Assembly: GCA_964418505.1 (NCBI GenBank)
Contig: CAYQLP010000001.1
Span: 1,665-65,664 of the forward strand
DNA length: 64,000 bases
Source of the DNA: an uncultured Geobacteraceae bacterium
GTDB taxonomy: Bacteria > Desulfobacterota > Desulfuromonadia > Desulfuromonadales > BM103
Direction of reading: 5' to 3'
The position numbers and the translations under genes are program-made. The notes beneath the pieces were generated by a model. The model searched no databases. It saw only the letters and a program-made list of their open reading frames with translations, and was not told the DNA's origin. Of this stretch, positions 56,947 through 64,000 are shown piece by piece. How positions within the stretch are numbered: position 1 is the first letter of the stretch; each line of letters starts with the position of its first letter.

Positions 56947-57072
56947 TGATCTACTCCTTTCATTGGCTGGCCTTTCCCGGCCAGAAAATTACCTGCCATC
57001 TGGTTTTGCGACTCGGCAGCCGGAGGCGGTTGTTCTCCGCGCCCGCACCCCTGCGTCAATCGGTATGGATGC

Positions 57073-58365
57073 CTAGCGACCCTGTCCGGAGCGCGCGCCG
57101 TTGCGCTTGAAGCGCCGGCGGGCGGCGGGCGGCCGGGCCGGCTCGGCGGCGGCCACTGCTGCGGCCGGCGGCGTCGCGGCCGCCTTGGGCTTGACGCGCG
57201 GGGCCATCGGCGGGCGGGGCGCGCGGGCGAACTCGGTGTCCTTGCGCGGCGCCGCCACCGTATAGTCGAAGTCCGCCAGGCGGCGGCGCTCGAGGGGCTT
57301 GCCGAGAGCTTTCTCGATACTCCTGACCATCGCCGCATCCTCGCCGCTCACCAGGGTGAAGGCGTCGCCGCTGCGCGCGGCGCGGCCGGTGCGGCCGATA
57401 CGGTGGATGTAGGCCTCGGTGGTATCCGGGATGTCATAGTTGATGACATGCGAGATCTGGCTGACGTCGATGCCGCGGGCGGCGATGTCGGTGGCCACCA
57501 GGATCTGGAAGCTGCCGTCGCGGAAACCGTCGAGGGCTGCCTGGCGGCGGTTCTGCGACAGGTTGCCCTGCAGCGAGGCGGCCCGGTAGCCGGCCTTCTG
57601 CAGCTGTTCGTCAAGGCGCTTGGCGCGATGCTTGGTGCGGGTGAAGACCAGCACCGACTCGGTGTCGGTGTGCTGGAGCAGGGCGGTCTTGAGGTGCGGC
57701 TCGACCGGGTAGAGGGCGTGGCTGACGGTGACCGCCGGGGCCACTCGGTCGACCTGCACGGTCACCGGGCTGGTCAGCACCTCCCCGGCCAGGCCGCGGA
57801 TCGCCTCGGGCATGGTCGCCGAGAAGAGCAGGGTCTGGCGGCGCGGCGGCAGCGCCTTGAGGATGCGACGAATGTCGGGGAGGAAGCCCATGTCGAACAT
57901 CTGGTCGGCCTCGTCGAGGACCAGCACCTCGAGGCGCGACAGGTCGATCGTCCCCTGGCCGATATGGTCGAGGAGCCGCCCCGGGCAGGCGACGACGATG
58001 TCGACGCCGCGGCGCAGCCGGGCGATCTGCGGGTTGATGCCGACCCCGCCGTAGACGGTGGTGCTGGTCAGGCCGGTCTGGGTGCCGAGGGTGACGAAGC
58101 TGTCGTTGATCTGCTCGGCCAGTTCGCGGGTCGGGGCCACCACCAGGGCGCGCACCCGGCCGCGGCCGCCGGGGTGGAGGCGGTGCAGGATCGGCAGGGC
58201 GAAAGCGGCGGTCTTGCCGGTGCCGGTCTGGGCCAGGCCCATGACGTCGCGGCCGGCGAGTACCGCCGGGATGGCCTGGGCCTGGATCGGCGTGGGGGCG
58301 AGGTAACCGGCGGCCGTAACGCCGGCGGCAACCTCGGGGTGAAACTGGAAATCGGTGAACTGCAT
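57073..58365 (-). CDS. DEAD-box ATP-dependent RNA helicase (RhlE-like)
   Basis: Q-motif, AQTGTGKT, DEAD, SAT and HRIGRTGRA motifs, plus a basic C-terminal tail. Confidence 0.9.
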   Translation of the reverse strand: MQFTDFQFHPEVAAGVTAAGYLAPTPIQAQAIPAVLAGRDVMGLAQTGTGKTAAFALPILHRLHPGGRGRVRALVVAPTRELAEQINDSFVTLGTQTGLTSTTVYGGVGINPQIARLRRGVDIVVACPGRLLDHIGQGTIDLSRLEVLVLDEADQMFDMGFLPDIRRILKALPPRRQTLLFSATMPEAIRGLAGEVLTSPVTVQVDRVAPAVTVSHALYPVEPHLKTALLQHTDTESVLVFTRTKHRAKRLDEQLQKAGYRAASLQGNLSQNRRQAALDGFRDGSFQILVATDIAARGIDVSQISHVINYDIPDTTEAYIHRIGRTGRAARSGDAFTLVSGEDAAMVRSIEKALGKPLERRRLADFDYTVAAPRKDTEFARAPRPPMAPRVKPKAAATPPAAAVAAAEPARPPAARRRFKRNGARSGQGR

Positions 58366-58452
58366 TATGTCAAAAAATCCTTTTCTCGGTTGGTTCGGCG
58401 CCGGGAGCTTCGCTCCCCTGGCGCCTGGTTGTCTTTGCGGAGAGCCTGGGGA

Positions 58453-59739
<1,287 letters not shown>

Positions 59740-60205
59740 GAAAGTTCCTTCCGCTGACGCAGGAATGCGACAGCTGTTCGCATGGGCGTGCACGCCGCCG
59801 GGCAGCCATCGGCCCGGAGAGGTTCGGCTGGAGCACAGTCAGACTGGCAGAAAAACATCGTCGCCAACCTGGGGTGCTGCCGCGCATGAAACGGGAAGAT
59901 CGCAGGGGGTCAGGAACGATGAAGCGCCGGCCGAACGGCCGACGCCTGTTACAGTCGAAAGTGGTTATACACCGGAACGGCGACGAAATGCAAGCCGCAG
60001 GGAGAAAAATGCCTTCCGGGCCCTGAAACCTGACTCGCCAGGGCACCGCGGAACGTGCTTTTGCACATCCGCCCGGGCGCGCTTTCCCATGAATTAACGC
60101 TTGATTGCACATTCCTTGATAGAAAATATCGTGTTATCGGTATACATATATCCTCGCGGACAATGCCCTGCATTGACACTGCCGACCCAGCCAAGGAGTC
60201 TCGCC

Positions 60206-60799
60206 ATGCAATACCTTTTGCCTTTCCTGCTGCTGATCCTCTGCGCTCTCCCGGCTGCGGCCCTGGAACTCCCCGGCAATTGCCGGATCCACTTCACCGG
60301 CTCATCGACCCTCCATGACTTCGCCGGCGACGGGGGCTGCGAGCCCTTCGTCCTGCAGGTCAAAAATACCGCCGAGGGCACCGCGATGGTAGCCGAGACG
60401 GTGCTGAACGTCCCGGTCGCCGTCATGCAGACAGCCAATGACGGCCGCGATGAAAAGATGCGCGCGATGTTCGCCGCCGACCGCTTCCCGCGGATCACCG
60501 GGATCCTCCCGGGCGGGCCGCTCACCGACCTGCGCCGGCAACTGCATGCGGCGGCCGCCGGCAAGGGCGGTTTCCCGCTGCGCCTGCGCATCCGCGAGAT
60601 CGAGACGCCGGTGGCGGCGAAGGTCACCCGCCTGGCCGATAGTCCCGACGGGCTCAGCTTCGACCTTGAGTTCCCCGTATCTCTAGGCACTTATCATCTC
60701 GAGCCGCCTTCCGTTCTCGGCCTGATCAAGGTGGCCGACCAGGTCCGGGTCACGGCCAGCCTGAAACTGGCCCCGCTGCCGACTCCCTGGCAGCCTTGA
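60206..60799 (+). CDS. secreted YceI-like (lipid/polyisoprenoid-binding) protein
   Basis: Start at MQYLLPFLLLILCALPAAA (ATG 60206, AAGGAG RBS). The NDGRDEKMRAMFAADRFP block resembles the YceI motif. Confidence 0.55.
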   Translation: MQYLLPFLLLILCALPAAALELPGNCRIHFTGSSTLHDFAGDGGCEPFVLQVKNTAEGTAMVAETVLNVPVAVMQTANDGRDEKMRAMFAADRFPRITGILPGGPLTDLRRQLHAAAAGKGGFPLRLRIREIETPVAAKVTRLADSPDGLSFDLEFPVSLGTYHLEPPSVLGLIKVADQVRVTASLKLAPLPTPWQP

Positions 60800-60822
60800 A
60801 GCTGCCGCGGAACGGAGCAGAC

Positions 60823-61923
60823 ATGACCGCCTATCTTCACCGGATCGCGACTGCCAACCCGGAGCAGGCCTATCGCCAGCAGGAAATCGGCTCATGGATG
60901 GAGTCGCTGGCCGCCAGCGAGCGCATGCGGCGCATGCTCAAAGCCCTGTACCGCTCTTCAGGGATCGAAACCCGGCATGCCTCCCTGACCGATTTCGGGC
61001 GGGACTTTTTCACCCGCGACGCCCAGGGTACCCTGATCGAACCCGGCACCGGCTTCCGCAACGAGGTCTACCGCCGCGAAGCCCCTGCCATCGCCCTGCG
61101 CGCGGCACGCCAGCTCTTCACCGGGGCGGAGGGCGCCGACCCGCGGGCAATCACCCACGTCATCACCGTCTCCTGCACCGGCTTCTTCAACCCCGGCCTC
61201 GATTACCTGCTGGTCAACGAACTCGGCCTCCCCTCCTCCACCCAGCGCTACCATCTCGGCTTCATGGGCTGCTACGCGGCCTTCCCGGCCCTGCGCATGG
61301 CTGCCCAGTTCTGCGCCGCCGACCCGCAGGCCAACGTGCTGGTCCTCTGCCTCGAACTCTGTTCGCTGCACATCCAGTTCGGCGAGCGCGAGGACCAGCT
61401 GCTTGCCAACGCCCTGTTCGCCGACGGCGCCGCCGCCGCCCTGGTCAGCGCCCGGCCACCGGCACCCGGCCGACCGGCATTAAGTCTCGACCGCTTCGTC
61501 TCGGCCCTCGTCCCCGAAGGGGAGTCCGACATGGCCTGGTCGATCGGCGACCGCGGCTTCGATATCGCCCTTTCCGGCTACGTCCCGAAGATTCTCGGCG
61601 CCAACATCGCCGGGCTGGTCGACGGCATGCTCGCCAACAGCGGCCGACAGCGCGACGACATCGCCATCTGGGCCATTCATCCCGGCGGCAAAGCGATCCT
61701 CGACCAGGTCGAACGCGCCCTCGCCCTGCACCCCGCGCAGCTGGCCGCCCCGCGGCGGGTCCTGCGCGATTTCGGCAACATGAGCAGCGCCACCATCCTC
61801 TTCGTCCTGCGCGACCTGCTCGAGGCGCCGGGCGGCGATAACGAACGGATCTGCAGCATGGCCTTCGGGCCGGGGCTGACGATCGAAATGGCGCTGCTCA
61901 CCCGCACCGAGGGCGCGGCGTGA
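60823..61923 (+). CDS. type III polyketide synthase (chalcone/stilbene synthase family)
   Basis: Start at MTAYLHRIATANP. Catalytic Cys in VSCTGFFNPG, His in IHPGGKAIL, Asn in FGNMSSATILF, and C-terminal AFGPGLT. Confidence 0.85.
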   Translation: MTAYLHRIATANPEQAYRQQEIGSWMESLAASERMRRMLKALYRSSGIETRHASLTDFGRDFFTRDAQGTLIEPGTGFRNEVYRREAPAIALRAARQLFTGAEGADPRAITHVITVSCTGFFNPGLDYLLVNELGLPSSTQRYHLGFMGCYAAFPALRMAAQFCAADPQANVLVLCLELCSLHIQFGEREDQLLANALFADGAAAALVSARPPAPGRPALSLDRFVSALVPEGESDMAWSIGDRGFDIALSGYVPKILGANIAGLVDGMLANSGRQRDDIAIWAIHPGGKAILDQVERALALHPAQLAAPRRVLRDFGNMSSATILFVLRDLLEAPGGDNERICSMAFGPGLTIEMALLTRTEGAA

Positions 61924-63110
61924 AGCCGATCGACTGGCAGGTGCTGATCGTCGGGGCCGGCCCCGTCGGCCTGCTCCTCGGCAACCTGCTCGGCACCCGG
62001 GGCGTCCGCACCCTGGTGATTGATCGGCGCACCAGCGGTCCGGACGCCTCGATGGCCATCGGCCTGACACCGCCCTCCATGGCGCTGCTGCAAGGGCTCG
62101 ATCTCGACCGGGCCTTCATTGCCGCCGGCGTCAAGGTCGATCATGCCGTGGTCCACGGCGACCACGGCCAACTCGGCGAGCTTTTTTTCCACGACCTCCC
62201 CGGCCCCTACCCCTTCATCCTCTCCGTGCCGCAGGCGGAGACCGTGCGGCTCCTCGAGGCGCACCTGGCCGCCTGGCCGTCGGTCTGCCTGCGCCGCGGC
62301 ACTGAACTCACAGCCCTGTCCCAGGAGGGTGGCCAGGTCACCGCCACGCTGCGCAGTGTCGCCGACGGCAGCAAGGAGACTGTGTGCAGCACCTGGCTGG
62401 CCGGCTGCGACGGCGGCGAGAGCCTGGTGCGCAGCCTCGCCGGCCTCCCGGTCAGCGGCGGCAGCTACCCGCAGACCTTCGTCATGGCCGACTACGCCGA
62501 TGCCTCCGGGCTGGGCGGGGCGGCACACCTCTACTTCACCCGCCACGGCTCGGTCGAATCCTTCCCCCTCCCCGGCGGACGGCGGCGCTGGATCATCCAG
62601 ACCGATTCCCTCCAGCGCCCGGTCCCGCCCGGCCTGCTCGCCGCGGCAGTCCGGCAGCGCACCGGCATCGACCTCGCCGGCAGCGCCTGCTCGTTCGAAA
62701 GTGCCTTCGCCGTCCGCCACCGCCTGGCCGACCGCTACGCGCAGGGGAAAGTCGTGCTCTGCGGGGACGCCGCCCACCTGATGAGCCCGGTCGGCGGCCA
62801 GGGGATGAATGTCGGCTTCGCCGACGCGGCGGCCCTCGCTGCAGTCCTGGTGAACGCCAGCCCCGACGGCGAGCCCGCCCCGGCCCTGGCCGAATACGGG
62901 CGCATGCGGCGCCGGGTGGCACACATCGCCATCGGCCGGGCCGCCCGCGGCATGTGGATGGGGACCCGGCGCGGCCCCCTGGCCGGCCTGTGGCGCGAGC
63001 CGCTGCTGCGCCTGCTGCTCGCGCCGCCCATCTCCCGCAGCCTCCCCCCCTACTTCGCCATGCTGACCATGCCGGGCAACCCGGCCACCCCCAGCGGGAC
63101 CGGCGCGTGA
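61920..63110 (+). CDS. FAD-dependent aromatic monooxygenase (UbiH/PHBH-type)
   Basis: GTG start overlaps the PKS stop (GTGA). GAGPVGL dinucleotide fold and the GDAAHLMSPVGGQGMN motif. Confidence 0.8.
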   Translation: MKPIDWQVLIVGAGPVGLLLGNLLGTRGVRTLVIDRRTSGPDASMAIGLTPPSMALLQGLDLDRAFIAAGVKVDHAVVHGDHGQLGELFFHDLPGPYPFILSVPQAETVRLLEAHLAAWPSVCLRRGTELTALSQEGGQVTATLRSVADGSKETVCSTWLAGCDGGESLVRSLAGLPVSGGSYPQTFVMADYADASGLGGAAHLYFTRHGSVESFPLPGGRRRWIIQTDSLQRPVPPGLLAAAVRQRTGIDLAGSACSFESAFAVRHRLADRYAQGKVVLCGDAAHLMSPVGGQGMNVGFADAAALAAVLVNASPDGEPAPALAEYGRMRRRVAHIAIGRAARGMWMGTRRGPLAGLWREPLLRLLLAPPISRSLPPYFAMLTMPGNPATPSGTGA

Positions 63111-64000
63111 GAGCGGAAGCCTTGCTGCAGCGTTTTTACTACCGCCTGCTCTGGCAGGGACGCGGCTGGCTGCTCGCCGTGCTGCTGGTACTCACCGGCC
63201 TGCTGCTGATCCCCGCCGTGCAGATCGGCGTCGAGCAGGACAACGCCTCGATGCGCGGCGAGGACCCGGCCGCCCGGCAGGCTTACCAGGCGTTCCGTGA
63301 ACGGTTCGGCAGCGATGACCTGCTCCTTCTAGGCCTGCAGCATCCGCGCCTGCTCAGCCCCGAGGGGCTCACCCTGCTGCAGCGGCTAACCGGGGAAATC
63401 GAAAGCTTGCCGGGAGTCAGGCGGGTCTTCAGCCTGAGCAATGCCAGGGTCGCCGTCCCCGGTCCCTACGGCGCCGAACCCGCTCCTCTGCTCCCTTCCG
63501 CGCAGGATCCCGATTTTGCCGCCGCCCGCGACCGGCAGCTCGAGCGCTACGCCGACCAGGCGGCGCGCTTTCTCTCCGCCGACCGCCGGACCGCCATGCT
63601 CCTCGTCCTCCCCGGGGAAATTACCGGCGAGCAAATGTCCGCCCTGATCGACGCTCTCCGCCGGCTGGGCGGGCAACTCCCCGAGGAGGCCGCCCTGCGC
63701 GTCACCGGGGTGCCGGTGCAGAAAGCCGATGTGGCCAGGGCGATCCAGCACGACCAGCAGATCCTCATGCCGCTTGCGGTGGTCGTGCTCGGCGCGCTCC
63801 TCGCCCTGCTCTTCCGCCGCCTGGCCGGAGTGCTCCTCCCCCTGGCGGCGATGGCGATCAGCCTGGTATGGACCCTCGGCCTTTACGCCCTCGCCGGTTT
63901 CCCGCTCAACGCCATCACCGCCCTGCTGCCGCCGGTGGTGATGGTCCTGGCCGTGGCGGCCAGCGTGCACGTCTTTCACGGCTGGCTCTCACTGGCCGGC
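63107..64000 (+). CDS. MMPL/RND-superfamily lipid exporter (partial, runs off right edge)
   Basis: GTG 63107 overlaps the monooxygenase stop. It reads MRAEALLQRFYYRLLWQGRGWLLAVLLVLTGLL..., a periplasmic loop, then TM cluster ILMPLAVVVLGALLALLF...PPVVMVLAVAASVHVF. The frame is open to 64000, so it is absent from the ORF track. Confidence 0.7.
   Translation, partial: MRAEALLQRFYYRLLWQGRGWLLAVLLVLTGLLLIPAVQIGVEQDNASMRGEDPAARQAYQAFRERFGSDDLLLLGLQHPRLLSPEGLTLLQRLTGEIESLPGVRRVFSLSNARVAVPGPYGAEPAPLLPSAQDPDFAAARDRQLERYADQAARFLSADRRTAMLLVLPGEITGEQMSALIDALRRLGGQLPEEAALRVTGVPVQKADVARAIQHDQQILMPLAVVVLGALLALLFRRLAGVLLPLAAMAISLVWTLGLYALAGFPLNAITALLPPVVMVLAVAASVHVFHGWLSLAG

Overview
This is a GC-rich (about two-thirds G+C by eye, not computed), densely coding chromosomal segment. 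Its gene content looks like an anaerobic, metal-respiring Desulfuromonadales/Geobacter-like deltaproteobacterium; that is an inference from content, not a database hit. Long antisense shadow ORFs are common and were ignored. I found no rRNA, tRNA, CRISPR array, transposase or integrase.

Housekeeping genes: gatB 3' end, an ArfB-like GGQ protein, mtnA, glnE, ttcA, pncB, aroC, a SlyD-like FKBP, two tandem DEAD-box helicases, a Nudix hydrolase and an ExeA/GspB pair.

Envelope and redox modules:
- a sigma-54 two-component system followed by small secreted proteins, an OM barrel, a Cys-rich protein and a MacB-type ABC pump
- a ybhGFSR-like ABC-2 exporter
- a cytochrome c-feoA-feoA-feoB-porin iron locus
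- a yybP-ykoY (Mn2+) riboswitch in front of a TerC-family gene
- a monoheme cytochrome / DUF3373-like barrel / octaheme OTR-family cytochrome operon
- cydAB with small flanking ORFs
- a two-gene MtrA/MtrB-type porin-cytochrome module beside a LysR regulator and a di-heme peroxidase
- a type III PKS / FAD-monooxygenase / MMPL / YceI-like lipid cluster at the right edge

The two most unusual observations are both recoding candidates:
- An in-frame UGA sits inside the MtrB-like barrel. The frame continues 159 codons to a canonical OMP C-terminus, and a SECIS-like hairpin lies just downstream of the UGA.
- A ChlI-like AAA+ ORF and a start-less VWA reading frame overlap at an A9 slippery run. Together they would reconstitute a ChlD/BchD-type fusion.

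Both could equally be sequencing errors or pseudogenes, so the reads must be checked.
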